DNA of 63,999 nt, filler included, from 13 parts of 13 records of this genome joined end to end with filler, not necessarily neighbours in it; one strand, 5' to 3'. Counted from the whole stretch's first letter, positions 9,493 to 22,699 are shown. The notes: a model not told the origin generated them from the sequence alone. A program made the numbers and translations.

Positions 9493-9661
9493 AGCCTCTG
9501 GCGCACGGCCAGACGTCGGCGGCGAGCGGCCGTCACCCGGCGAGCGGTGACTGGTTCAATGAGGTACTGAGGTGTCGACTTTCCACTTTTGCCGTTGGTC
9601 GCGGTCAAGTTGGTGCGGAGGCTGTACCGGGTGGCGCCCGACCGGAGAGCACCTCAATAAC

Positions 9662-12600
9662 ATGTCGTCGGAGGCGCTGGCGCTGTCGGAGATGCCACGG
9701 CTCTCGTCGGCCCTGCGGGTGCTCAATAGCGTGGGCACGGGTGACTTTGATTGGCGGGCCGCGCTGGCGGATCGTGTGGCGCTGATCAAGGCCCGGCAGC
9801 TCGGGCTGGCCAAGGTGTCCGGCAGCTTCACCTGGGCCAGCTTCGTCAAGACCGTGGCCAAGTGCCCCTCCAGCGAGCTCAAACGCGGCCGGCAGCTGTT
9901 CGCCGAGCTGCTCCAGACGGTCTGGGGCTCGGGGGAGCGCGCGAGCGGGGGCAGGTGGAGCGGCTGTTCGGGCTGAACGGTGAGGGGATCAACCAGACCG
10001 CCCGGCTGTGCTTCCAGACCATCAGCTCGGACCTGCCCAAGCAGGAGCGCCGGGCCCGGCTGGAGCAGGAGCTCGGGTCGCTTGACGGCGTCGAGATGGG
10101 GCCGCTGCGGTGGGCCGGCCGGGCTGCCAGGCTGAGTGCGGGGCAGCGAGCAGGTCAAGCAGCTCTCGGCATGGCAGCAGGAGCATGGTGCGAGTGTAGT
10201 CCCGGCAGGCGACCCGCACGAGGGCAGCCTTGCGGAGGAGGAATACGGCTCGGACCTCGGGATCCGACACCCAGACCTCCAGGCCAGAGCAGCCGAATGG
10301 ATGGTGCTGCCGGTCCAGGAGCTGCCGTGGGAGGCCAAGCGGGTACAACCGACCCCGCAGCCCACCGCTCGCGAAAGCAAAGTTGGTGAGCCGGGGCTTG
10401 GTGCGCCTGTGTCATCGGAGAGCGACGTGCGTGATCGCGACTGGCTGCAAGTGTCTCTGGAGCAGCACTTGATAGCCACGGGCGGGGCAGCGCTGACCAC
10501 AGAGCAGCTGGTGGAGGCGGTAGCCAAGGTTATCTGCTCCAAGGACAAGGACGATGCAATCCAGGCACCCGGTTAGGCTTAGCTTGCTGAGTGCGCGGCA
10601 GGACAACTTGCTTGAGCTGCTCGGATTCAGCGAATCCGCGTTAGCACTGACCATGGAGCTGCTCCAGAGCCGATCGACGCTGAGTTCGGCGTTGCGGCGC
10701 GGGGCGAGCAGTCGTGGCCCTCATTCTCAGGTGTCGATTAGTTCAAAGGCCGAGAAGAAGCTTGCGAACAAGCTCCGTAAGCAGCAGCGGCGGCGGCGGA
10801 GCAACGGTACTTTAACCCACGGGGTAACTGTCTAAGTTAGGAGACAGGTGGGGGGTCTTTAGAGGAGCAGGAGATAGATCTGGAGGCGATGCGAGCCGCA
10901 CAGCGCCAGCGAGAGGCTGCACAGCTACAGATAAGCAACGGCGGCGGGCTGCACCTGGACAGCTCGGCCCAAGAAGGCAGCTTTGGTGCCTATCTGAACA
11001 CCGCTGCAGCCACCAAGATAGCCCTGCCCGCTGGCACCGAGCGGAAGATCGAAAAGGGCAGGTTTGAGGAAGTTACAATCCCTGCGCCAGATAACGGCGC
11101 ACTTGGCGAGCCAGAGCTTGTGCCGGTTGAGGTGCTGCCGGATTGGGCACAGCTGGCTTTCAAAGGCACCTCGCACTTGAATAGGGTCCAATCTATCGTG
11201 TTTGATACCGCCTACCACTCGAACGAGAACATGCTCATTTGTGCGCCCACTGGCGCTGGCAAGACCAACTGTGCGATGCTCACGGTGTTGCACGAGGTGG
11301 GGTGTAATCTGCATGCTGGAGTTCTCAACCTCAAGGAGTTCAAGATCGTGTATGTGGCTCCGATGAAAGCGCTGGCTGCCGAGATGGCGGCCACCTTCCA
11401 GCGCCGGCTGGGCGGGCTGGGGATGGTGGTCAAAGAGTACACAGGCGACATGCAGCTCACCAAGAAAGAGGTCGAGAACACTCAGATTCTGGTAACTACC
11501 CCTGAAAAGTGGGACGTGGTCACCCGGAAGACCTCCGACGCTGCGCTCACATCAATGGTGAAGCTGCTTATCATCGACGAGGTCCATTTGCTACACGATG
11601 AGCGAGGTACAGTCATCGAGTCCCTGGTGGCCAGGACTTTGAGAACTGTTGAAAGCTCACAATCTATGATTCGGATTGTTGGCCTGTCGGCGACACTGCC
11701 CAACTACCAGGATGTTGCTGCGTTTCTCCGGGTAAACCTCTCTACAGGACTCTTTTTCTTTGATTCTCGCTATCGGCCAGTGCCTCTTGTCCAGAAGTTT
11801 GTTGGGATCATAGAGAAAAACTCAGTGCGGCAGCAGAAGGCATTTGACGAGGTCTGCTTCGATCACTGCATAAAAAGCATAAGGCAGGGTAACCAAGTTA
11901 TGGTCTTTGTTCATGCTCGGAATGCAACTACGAAGACAGCAAGGGCGCTGGTGCAACTTGCTGAGGAAAAAGGAAAAACAAATTTATTTTCGAACATTGA
12001 ACACCCACAATACGACGCGTCGTTAGCCAGGGTGGAGAAGAGCAGGAATCAGATCGTTCGAGAGCTGTTTCAAAGCGGCTTTGGCTGCCATCATGCGGGT
12101 ATGCTGCGGAGCGATCGTAATCTAATGGAGAGTTTATTTTCGCAAGGGCTGGTTCGGGTGCTCGTGTGTACAGCAACTCTGGCGTGGGGGGTTAATTTGC
12201 CAGCGCACACTATTGTGATCAAGGGGACCAAAATATACAAGCCAGAAAAGGGCGGATTTGATGAGCTTTCGATGCTCGATGTGATGCAAATGTTTGGCCG
12301 GGCTGGTAGACCTCAGTTTGATACATCAGGGGAGGGGATCATCTTGACAACACACGACAAACTGAACTACTACTTAGCAATGACAAATCATCAAATGCCC
12401 ATCGAATCACAGTTCCTGAGCAGGCTGCCGGACAATTTGAATGCCGAGATCGTTCTTGGGACTGTCTCTAACGTCGAGGAGGCGACACAATGGCTGCGTT
12501 ACACTTACTTTTACCAGCGGGTGATGAAGAATCCTCTGGCGTATGGCGTAGCATATGATGCAGCAATGTCAGATCCTAATTTGGAATCACATAGAAGAGA

Positions 12601-15600
12601 TCTGATCAGAAATGCAGCCCAGACTCTACACAAGTGCAACATGATACGCTACGTGCCATCTGCAGGGGTACTCGCTGTCACAGACCTTGGACGAGTGGCT
12701 TCGCACTATTACCTCTCGCACTTGACTGTGGATATGTACAACCAGGAGATTGACAAGACACGCGAGAACGCCATGGATGAGGCGCACGCTCTGAGGCTGG
12801 TCTCGATGTCAAATGAGTTCGCTCAGGTCAAGGTCCGGGATGAGGAGATGAAAGAGATGGACAAGCTAGTCGCTGAGGCATGTGTACTGGACGTGATGGG
12901 AGGTGTCGAGAATGTGCACGGTAAGGTAAATGCACTCATCCAGGCTCATATATCTAGAGCGCCAATAGAAAGCTTTGCCCTCGTTTCGGATTCCAATTTT
13001 GTCAACCAATCATCTGGAAGGCTGCTGCGGGCCCTGTTCGAAATTTCACTGAAACGGGGCAAGTCACAACTAGCCCAGATGTTTTTGAATCTTTGTAAGT
13101 CAGTCGAGTGGCAGCTCTGGGAGTGGCAGAATCCGCTGCGCCAGTTGCAGACTCTAAAACCAGAACTGCTGCACAAGCTAGAGAATCCACACAAAGGGCG
13201 ACCTTTGACCATTGAAAGGATGAGAGATATGCCCGCTCGCGAAATTGGACATATGATGCACCACCCGAAGGCGGGAGATGTGATCAAGCAGGCAGTGAAT
13301 CGATTCCCAAGCGTGTCCCTCGAGGTGACGATGCAGCCAGTCACCCGAACAGTGCTGAAAGTAGAGGTGGCGGTGACACCAGAATTCCAATGGCACGACC
13401 GGATTCATGGCTCAGTACAAATCTGGTGGATATGGGTTGAGGACGCCTATAATGAGCACCTCTATCATAGTGAGCAGATCATGCTCTTCAAGAAGACGAT
13501 GCACGACGTGCACAAGCTTAACTTTACAATGCCCATTCTGGACCCAATGCCGGAGCAGTTCTTTGTTCATGCACTCCATGATCGACTGATTGGCGCTGAG
13601 ACGCAAGTCGCAGTCTCTTACAAGGGGCTGATTCTCCCAGAGATGCACCCAGCACACACAAAGCTGCTGGACCTGACCCCACTTCCAAAGGCGGTGCTAA
13701 AAAATCCAAAGTTTGAATCCATGTACAAGTTCGAGACGTTCAACCCAGTGCAGACACAGGTATTTCACACTGCTTTTCATTCTGATGACAACATGTTGCT
13801 TGGAGCCCCCACTGGCTCTGGTAAAACTGTCGTCGCTGAACTAGCCATGCTCCGGGTGTTCTCCCAGTATCCAGACTGCAAAGTCGTGTATGTTGCACCA
13901 CTCAAAGCCCTGGTGCGAGAGCGCATGAGAGACTGGAAGATTCGGATAGTGCAAAAATTGGGACTTAAGGTCCTGGAGCTCAGTGGCGAAGTTACCCCTA
14001 GTGTTCAGGCCCTGAATGCAGCACAGGTGCTTGTCGTCACGCCTGAAAAGTGGGACGGAATCTCGAGACAGTGGCGTGACCGAAACTACGTAAAAAAAGT
14101 CGCACTTGTGGTAATAGATGAGATTCATCTGCTTGGGGCCGATCGTGGACCGATCCTCGAGGTGATTGTGTCTCGAATGAGATACATAGGATCTCAGACC
14201 GGGAGCAATGTTCGTATGGTCGGGCTCAGCACCGCATTGTCTAATGCACATGATCTTGGTGACTGGCTTGGGATCGAGAACCAGGGCCTTTTCAATTTCA
14301 AACCATCAGTACGGCCAGTACCTCTCGAGGCTCACATTAAAGGGTTTTCCGGCAAGCACTACTGTCCTCGCATGAAGACAATGAATAAGCCTGTGTATCA
14401 GGATATTCTAACCTACTCGCCTGAGAAGCCAGTCCTTGTGTTTGTATCCTCGCGGCGTCAGACTCGCCTAACTGCGCTAGATTTGCTGGGGTTCTGCACT
14501 CAAGATGACAACCCAACCGGCTGGTGCAACCTGGACGAGGATGCACTGCGCCATGTGCAGAGCAAAGTCAAAGACGTCAACCTTCGACACTTTCTCGAGT
14601 TTGGAATTGGGATACACCATGCAGGCCTCAAGGCAGAAGACAAGGACGTCGTTGAAGAGCTGTTCGTGAATAACAAGATCCAAGTCGTGATCTGTACTTC
14701 GACGCTAGCCTGGGGTGTGAATTTCCCAGCGCATCTCGTCATCATCAAGGGCACCGAGTTCTATGATGCACCAACCCACCGATATGTCGACTTTCCAATT
14801 ACAGATGTCCTTCAAATGATGGGCCGGGCCGGGCGGCCCCAGTTTGACAAATCGGGAGTGGCCTCTATCCTAGTTCACGATGTCAAGAAGGACTTCTACA
14901 AGAAGTTTCTCTATGAGCCATTCCCAGTGGAGTCCTCGCTACATAACGTGCTGCACGATCATTTCAACGCAGAGATTGTGGGTGGCACCATCAAATCAAA
15001 ACAGGACGCAATGGATTACCTCACGTGGACCTTTCTGTTCCGCCGATTACTCATGAACCCCTCCTATTACGCCCTCGATAGCACTGACGACGACACTGTC
15101 AATGAATACCTTTCAAACCTCGTGGAAAGCACAGTCACAGACTTGGAGCTTGCGGGCTGCGTTACAGTGGACGAGGAGGACAATATCACGCCCGAATCAC
15201 TGGGCGCTGTTGCCTCGTACTATTATTTACACTATCGTACGGTGAGGATGTTCAATGACCAGATTACCGAAGAGATGAGCGTTGCAGATGTCTTACTTGT
15301 GTTGACAAATGCTGCGGAATTCGAGGAGCTCCCTGTGCGGCACAATGAGGACAAGCTCAACATGGAGCTTGCCGAGCAGATGCCGCTCGAGACTGATTTG
15401 CGGTCTTTGGATTCCCCTCACACTAAGGCGTTTCTCCTACTCCAAGGATTCTTCTGTCACGTCACACACGCGATCAGCGACTACTATACTGATACGAAGT
15501 CTGTACTGGAGCAGACCACGAGACTATTGCAAGCAATGACCGACATTGCAGCCGAGGCTGGATTGCTAGAGACAACATTGGCAATTATGAATGTGGCACA

Positions 15601-16159
15601 GATGATTGCACAGTCTCACTGGCACGATGCGTCAACACTCCTAACGCTGCCTCATGTACAACCACAGCACGTTGAAGCAATGTCCAGAGCTGGTGTGGAC
15701 TGTTTGCCTCAGCTTTTTGCAATGCCTACTAAAAAGATCGAGCAGCTGTTGTCACGTGCTGGCATCGCCCCGAAGAAGCAGCGCCAAGTTGTCGATGTGG
15801 TGCACCGGCTGCCTCAGGTTGAGGTGTCGTATGCCATTGAGAGCAACACCACACCTGTGGGAGAAGATGGCGAAATGAGTGTCACTTTGACAAGATTGAA
15901 CAAAGGATCAATCAAGGTTCACGCACCACGGTTTCCTAAAGAGATCGAGGAAGGCTGGTGGCTGGTTCTCGGCCTGGAGGATGATGAAGGAACGGAGCTT
16001 CTTGCTCTAAAGAGAGTCAGATTTTCTTCAAAAACAACGACCAAGCTCACGTTTGCAGCATTGGATGACCCTGCTGAAGTCACGCTAACCTTGTATTTGA
16101 TCTCGGACTCGTATTTGGGATTAGATCAAGAGTACAGCATGCAACACAGCTTCGTCTAA
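9662..16159 (+). CDS. ASCC3: Activating signal cointegrator 1 complex subunit 3 (ASCC3/Slh1), tandem Ski2-like helicase
   Basis: N-terminal MPRLSSALR resembles ASCC3. Two helicase cassettes (APTGAGKT/DEVH and APTGSGKT/DEIH), two Sec63 domains, and GKHYCPRM and YVDFPITDVLQMMGRAGRPQFD. Introns 9920-9954, 10110-10146, 10565-10601 (GC-AG) and 10807-10847. Confidence 0.96.
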
Positions 16160-16255
16160 AAGTAATGTCCGCGATAGGCTCGCGATAGGTATTAAGAAAC
16201 ATTTTATAGCCTCGCGCTTTTTTAGCGCTTTTTACAGAACATGTAGCTATCTCAC

Positions 16256-17992
16256 TCACGATGCAGGTTTACTTAGCACGTCCATTAATGAGTCATACTT
16301 TCCCTGATTTGAGTTGTCATACTTCTTGCTATCTAGAAATGCGTTTGCTTCCCTCTCTCCCTTGGCTTTGGACCACGCTGGTAAATGTGGCTCTAGTTTC
16401 GTAGCTTTACTATTTGCAACATTCACCAAATTTTCAGCCCGGTGCACATCTTTCTGTAGCTGTTGTTGCTCTTGTTGTCGATGAAATTGCCTCGCCTGCT
16501 GGACGTGCTTTGCAGCCTGCAGGGCGGGGGCGTTATCAACTGCATGCTGGACTGCAGCGTTCACTGGCCGCATATCGGATTCGTATGCTCTTTCAGATTG
16601 CATTGCTACCTTTGCAGCTTCGCGGCTCTGTTCCTGTGCACGATGGATTGCACCCGCTACCTTTTCAGACTTCTCTCGGGCCCTTCTAATCCTTCCTTCC
16701 GCTACTAGGTGCTTATGCCGTCTCTCGAGTCCTGGGGCTTTACCGACCTTTTCAGCTGCCTGCCTTCTCACAGACTGGACAGAATTCTGCACTTCAAGCT
16801 CAGCTTCGTGTGCTTTATGTTTGATGTAGCCAGATGACTTTTGTCGTTTTTCTGAAGCTCTCTGCTTGCGCGATGCCATCAAGATCTTCTCAGAAACGCC
16901 AACCGAATCTGGAGCAAAGCGGCTTAGGCCAGTTTGACGAAGCTGATGCACAGCATTATCCTCTTTAAGTAGTGCACTAAGTGCATTCTGAATGATTGCG
17001 TGTTTGCGCTTAATTTGACTGGCTTTCTTGCTTGCCTTCTGTGCTTTCGCTGCTTGGCGTTGTGCAACACTCTGTTTTGTAGCTGCTGTCACCATGATAT
17101 CAATGGATTGCTGTTTTTTCTTGCTGAGAGCATGCTGCTCACTCTCGCGTACTGGAGATAGAATGTGCTTCATATGCGACAATGCATTCGGGAGAATCTT
17201 AGCCTCGGTAGCTCTGGCAGCGGCGACTTCTTGCCGTTTCTTAAATTGCTCGCTTTTCTTCATTGCAACCTTTGCTTGATGCTGTTTATTTGCACTTGCA
17301 ACCAATTTCTGCACTGATGTATGCAAAGGATCCTCTACAGCACGCAGCTGGTTCTGTGCAACTTCCGAGTCGTGAATCAAAGCTGCGCTGCGCCTTTGCA
17401 CCTTCTCCATGATCTTGTGTCTATCTGAGTGTGCCTCTTTTAACTCCTCGTACACGTCCTCCCTATTTTGATGAGCAGAGTTCGACTGTGCCCGCATAGC
17501 TTGATGCACAAGAACTTTATCTGATTTCAGCTCGCTTTTCATAGTGCCGAGCGCCTCCCGCAGAACAGCTTTGTCTTTTCTTTGGGGTCTCTTCTCTGGC
17601 TGGGGCTTAGGTGGTTGAGCTTGCTTTGCGCTCTTGCGCAATTTGCGCTTCCGCCGCGCATCAGCTTTTGCTAATTTTTCATTGACAGCGGTTTGAATGC
17701 CTCCTTCCTCTTCTTCGACTGCTTTTGAGGCAGCCTCAGCCTTTGCCATGATGCGGCTGTTTTGAGCGAGTGCATCTTTGTCCACAGCTGTTCCCTGCAG
17801 CACTTTGTGCATCACACCAGTGGCAATGGTGAGCGGATGTTGCTGGCGCGTAGCCCGGACAACTCGATCGGTTTTCTGCCATCTCTCAACTGCGTCAGGA
17901 ACTCTGATGCGCAGTGGTTTCTTCTTAGCTTCAGTCGGAGCGGGCTTCTGCTTCTTCGTGGCCTTGACAGCCTTCTCTGCACTCATCGCCTG
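16256..17992 (-). CDS. Lys/Ala/Gln-rich coiled-coil hypothetical protein, probably 5' partial
   Basis: 576-aa uninterrupted ORF, low-complexity and helical, no recognisable domain. Confidence 0.7.
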   Translation of the reverse strand, partial: QAMSAEKAVKATKKQKPAPTEAKKKPLRIRVPDAVERWQKTDRVVRATRQQHPLTIATGVMHKVLQGTAVDKDALAQNSRIMAKAEAASKAVEEEEGGIQTAVNEKLAKADARRKRKLRKSAKQAQPPKPQPEKRPQRKDKAVLREALGTMKSELKSDKVLVHQAMRAQSNSAHQNREDVYEELKEAHSDRHKIMEKVQRRSAALIHDSEVAQNQLRAVEDPLHTSVQKLVASANKQHQAKVAMKKSEQFKKRQEVAAARATEAKILPNALSHMKHILSPVRESEQHALSKKKQQSIDIMVTAATKQSVAQRQAAKAQKASKKASQIKRKHAIIQNALSALLKEDNAVHQLRQTGLSRFAPDSVGVSEKILMASRKQRASEKRQKSSGYIKHKAHEAELEVQNSVQSVRRQAAEKVGKAPGLERRHKHLVAEGRIRRAREKSEKVAGAIHRAQEQSREAAKVAMQSERAYESDMRPVNAAVQHAVDNAPALQAAKHVQQARQFHRQQEQQQLQKDVHRAENLVNVANSKATKLEPHLPAWSKAKGEREANAFLDSKKYDNSNQGKYDSLMDVLSKPAS

Positions 17993-18092
17993 NNNNNNNN
18001 NNNNNNNNNNNNNNNNNNNNNNNNNNNNNNNNNNNNTTAATTAATTAANNNNNNNNNNNNNNNNNNNNNNNNNNNNNNNNNNNNNNNNNNNN
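17993..18092. other. Artificial contig spacer
   Basis: N44-TTAATTAATTAA-N44. Confidence 0.98.
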
Positions 18093-18099
18093 CCCGTAC

Positions 18100-21087
18100 A
18101 TGCCGGAACGTGCAGACGAATCCGACGCAGTTATGGCGACAGACAGCAAGAAGCCCGCGCTCACCGGCGAGAGCCGTCGGCGTGAGTGGTCGTCCGAGCT
18201 GTTCCGGGCGTATGACGCCGACGGGAGCGGCCTGATCTCGTCCACCGAGTTCCTGGACATACTGAGGGTGTTGGACCCCACGCTGGAATCGGAGGACGTG
18301 GAGCGCACCTTCAACGCGGTCGGGGCGTCCGGCTCGCTCGACGAGGAGCACTTGTGGCTGTGGTGCGCCAACGTGTTCGGCGACTTCACCGACGACGAGT
18401 TCGCCGACCAACTGCAGGTGCCGGGCCGGGCTGGCCTGCAGCAGTGGCGGCAGGAACTGGTGGACGCCAAGCGGCGGCCGGACAGATTCGAGCGCAAGGA
18501 AGGAGAGCCTGCTCAGGTGCGGCCCGGGGAAGAGCAGCCGGAGGAGAAGGAGGGGGACGTCCGCTGGCTGATTGACGCGGCACAGCACGAGCTGGCGCTG
18601 CTAGAGACGGCCTCGCTGGCTCAGAGCCGAGACTGCCTGGAGCACCAGCTGGCCGCATCGCACTCGGCCATAGTCACAAACAGAGAGCGGGAGACGGCAA
18701 ACAGGCCGGCCGAGCTGCGCGACCAGGCCATGGTCAGAAAGGCGCGCAGAGTGGAGCTCGAGCTGGCTCAGATGGCGGCTGGCGACCGTGAGATCGTGCA
18801 AGCTCAGGCCGGTTGATCTGGGTAGGCCCGCTGAGCCGGGCTGCAGGCAGCGAAGGCGGAGCTAGGGCTGGCAGAGCTGGACGCGGCCGCCCGCAGCGAG
18901 GCTCAAGTGCGGCTCGAGGTCGGCGGGTGGGAGCTGCTGGCCGGAGCCCCGGGGCAGGTGAGATACTCGGAGACGTGTCAGCTCGAGGGCCAGCTGCGGG
19001 AAGCCATCGACCGGCTGGCGGCCATACTGCTCGATTCAGCAGACGCAATGCCCTGGTCCGTCAGCCAGCTGCCAACCCAGCCGCCACCGGATGCAGAGCA
19101 AGTGCTGTGCTCACTGAATGGCTCGCTGGCCAATGCCGTCCGTGCTGTGGCCTGGCTTGGTCGGCAGAGCCTGCAGCGGAGCAAGACCGAGCAGTTCAAG
19201 CAGCAATTGGACCGGCTAACGGAGCCGCAACCCAAGCTGAGACACCAACTAGCGGCGCTCTCCAGCCCAGAAACAGAACACCAACCCAAGCCAAACGAGT
19301 TCCTCGCTGAAGCGTTTGAGGTGTGGCCTGCGGGTTCGCCTTGTTTAGGCTGGTGCTGGCAGCTCGATTTGAACAGCAGATCAAAATCTGAGCGAGACTT
19401 GCTGCAGGAACCACTGCCGCAGGGGCGGGAGGAGGTGAGACCCTGGGCACAGCTCAGATGCCTACTGGCCGGTCTGCAGATTATTCAATGGCGCGATCAG
19501 CTGATTAAGTCGCATGCAGACGCAGTGAAGGTCGACTGCAATGCTCAGCACTGTTTGAGTTGGCTGGCCAGCGGATGGAGCGTAGTCATCAGGCGATTGT
19601 GGCCGATGTGCAGAGCCGCAACATGTCGCTAGTGCTCGAGAAGGATGATCTGACCCGGAAACTCGCGGGTCTGCGGTGAATATGTGCGCCATGTGGCTTG
19701 ATGCTAAACTGCCGGTGCAGGCAAACTAGCCCTCCGTCGCTGCCACCAGCTCCGTCTGGCTGGACCCCGTCAGGTTCAGAACCGGTGACAGCATCCGTGC
19801 AAAAGCCATCTACTGAGCCAAGTGTGCTGGTGGGTGGATGAAGCATGCGCTGTCCTTGAACGTGTCGTTGTCAGGCCACCCAATGCATTCTGCTGTCTCT
19901 GGATAGCTTGGTCCGCCGACACAGCATGTCTAACTTGCTTCGAATGCTGCTCGATTGGCGCTCAATCACTTCGCACGCAAGGCTCGCGCTCTCGTGCTGT
20001 GACCGGGCAGAAGCCCGCATTGCTGCCATAGAGGGATCGACCAACCAGCGCATGCAGTGAGCGCGTGTAGGACCTGCAGCTGGCTGACTCGTGCTTATGC
20101 AGGAGGAATTTTAGAATGGCACGAGCAGCAGTTTTGGCCCAGCTAGTGAGGCAACAACTGATGTATCGGCTGATATACTCGTTCACAACATGGAGAGCTG
20201 TGTGGTCCTGTAGAGCGATTTCTGGTAATCCGGTTCATGTGGCAAAAGCAAATGTTAGAGCTGCACCACTCGAATGTTCAGCGGCGCTGGTGGGTCTGCT
20301 AAGAGTCATCCTAAAGGTGGATGGCCGAATGTGGCAATCTCTGATCACCCAAACAGGAGGCAGACGCGACTGTGCTCCACAATCTGACCGACAATGAGAT
20401 CCACCAGGTACTCTCGACACAGCCTGACTAGTCATTGGGTCAAAAGAGGCACAGACCTAAGTCAGATTGTACCGCTGCATTTACACGATTAATTTTGTTC
20501 CTCTTTTTCACTGAATTTGTGCAGGTGGTGAGAGCGCTGAAGGCTGAGCGGAATGCACTCCAATGTAAGCGGCCCTAGACTGCATGGCACCCTGCATCTT
20601 GCTCTGTGATCCCTACAGGGCCGGCTAAGCGGAGATTGATTGTTGTGTCAGCATCCAGAGACCAATACACTCACCAGGATCTTGCAGAGATAGTAGCTGC
20701 AGTATTTGCTGAGGCAAATCGCCGAATTGAATCGTCAAAGCCCAAAGCTCAGATCAGTGAGCAACCGTCAGGCTTGACTGCCACCCCCAAACGCGAACGG
20801 CCCCCGCCCTCAGCGGCTGAACATGGATTGAATGCGAGCAGAGCTACAACCATGGAGAGCAGTCCCGCTGCTTCCAAGTCTGGCTCACGATTTGAGGTAT
20901 GCTGCTGCCTTTATTCCATTGCTTTATCACAAATTGTCTTTGGAAGGTGGATCAAGCTCATGTTGAAGAGGCCCTACTCTCATACTACACCTCAAAAAAG
21001 GAGCAACACACAAAGTTGTGGAACTACCACAAGCATCAAGAGGCAGTTGATCAGAGGAAAATAAGTCGCATGCAAGTCGACAAGTAA
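18100..21087 (+). CDS. EF-hand plus coiled-coil protein, many exons (central and 3' model uncertain)
   Basis: Canonical EF loop LFRAYDADGSGLISSTEF, then coiled-coil exons linked by short introns (e.g. 18418-18453). Probable last exon VDQAHVEEALLSYY...MQVDK*. Confidence 0.6.
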
Positions 21088-21195
21088 ACCAAATTAAATT
21101 AAGAGTGGGAGATGTTTAAATTACGCTAATTCATCGATAGCATATCTACCAGTAAGCATACACGGAGTATCCGTCATGAATGTACTCGCGATCTA

Positions 21196-22699
21196 TTATC
21201 GGTCCGTCTCAAACACCTTGCGAATTGAGTCGCTAGAAATCGGTGCAAAAGTCACGGGGCACCGCCCGTGTCTCTCAACATACCTTGTGTCAAGTCAATC
21301 AGCCGAATGGGATCTACTAGGGCGGCGCACCCGAATATGCACGGGAAACAGAAAGCGAATCCGGAGGGCGTTATTGCAGGGTTGCTGCGTTTGGCGTTGC
21401 AAAGGCTGCAGAAGCTAGGATCCTGAGCCAGCTGGACACCGTCGGGGTGTGCCTAAACCACTCCAAATCACAAACGGCTATCGGGCAACAGCCGCACCTT
21501 GGGCCGGCCAGGCGGCGCCGGCAGCAGTGGGGCAGTGGCAGTTGCACCCACGTCCTCGTCGTTTGTGTACCACCAGTCGAGGAACCGGAACCCAAACACT
21601 GAGACTAACAGAGCGTACCTGCCCACCATTGGCCAGGCCAGCCAGCCGGCGCACTTGGCGGATTCGACTCCGACCGATAACCCCGCTTTGATTGCGCTCA
21701 ACAGTCGCGCCTGAGGCTGGCTTGTTAGTCGGACTGGAGAGGCGCACCGTAGCTGACGCTTGCTGCATCCTAATCTCAGCGCGTACGCGGCTGCCCAGGT
21801 CGGTTGATTCAGAGACCTGCGTGCTGGTCGGCAAGGAGCGATGTGGCCGTGCTACGTCTGAAGGGAGAGTTCGCTGCACCACTAAGCCTTGCAAGTGCAG
21901 TAGAAAAGAGTAGTGCTTGCCCTGCCCAAAGATGTACCGCATCGTATACCTGCCACGTCAAGCTCAGCGACCGACTGCATCCGCAGCTTACACTAGCGTC
22001 GCGGCCTCCCAGGTCGCGTGCACCGCCGGATATCCACGGATGAACCTGCCGCCACTTGCTGGTGGCCGAGCGAGTGCCACTCACAGCTGGAGCAGTCGAG
22101 CCCTGAGCAAGTTCTGCGGCTGGTCCCGCTCCGCGCGCTGACCCCGCAGGCTAGCTAGCCGGCCCTTCCATCGCTGTCACCTGCCGCAGCTGAGCTCGGA
22201 GAGCCGCTCCGGCTGTGTCATCGGTGCTCGAACTGTAGAGCTGGTCCAGCTTCTCTTTCAGCCAAGGCAGCAGCACCTCCCCCCGGCTCCGGCCGGTCGG
22301 ACCAGCAGCGCGCACCGAGACTATCAGCGAGCAGGCCACTGCACCCCACCGGAGCGGATGGGCCCGCCGGCCGTACCGGCGGCTCCGCTGCAGCCCGTAG
22401 AAGTGCTCGGCGAATGTGGCGCCTGAGCGCAGGCTCGGGCGGGCGGGGCGGGGCGGCACCGAACGCGCTCAGGTGATACAGATCTATGGTCGCCAGCAGG
22501 GCTGCGATCAGGTTGTCGCTGTGGTTGAACACCGGGACCAGCCAGCTGTTCCGCTCGGCGATCACCTGCCAGCCGGTCGCCCGGCGCCCCGAGGCGAGGG
22601 CACCGCCAGCACGTGCTTGAGCGCCGGCCGCAGCATCGGCAGCAGCCGCTCCTGGGCGTACATGGTAAACCCATCCGGCCGCCGGAACCTCTCCTCCAT
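21196..22699 (-). CDS. PEX12: Peroxisome biogenesis RING peroxin 12 (about 12 exons)
   Basis: AQERLLPMLRPALKHVL, ATFAEHFYGLQR, LPWLKEKLD, FIRGYP, FRFLDWWY and LPAPP motifs, plus the degenerate RING CSLCNAKRSNPAITPSGFAFCFPCIFGYVERHGRCPVT. Confidence 0.93.

Noticed and set aside
10889-16159. Brr2/SNRNP200
   Set aside because: The second cassette has intact motifs plus HYCPRM, and the N-terminal PRLSSALR fits ASCC3.
18808-18850. Stop-codon reassignment or readthrough suggested by in-frame stops between ORFs
   Set aside because: The stops fall inside plausible short introns, TAA, TAG and TGA all end conserved genes, and the 1,756-aa ASCC3 ORF has no internal stop.
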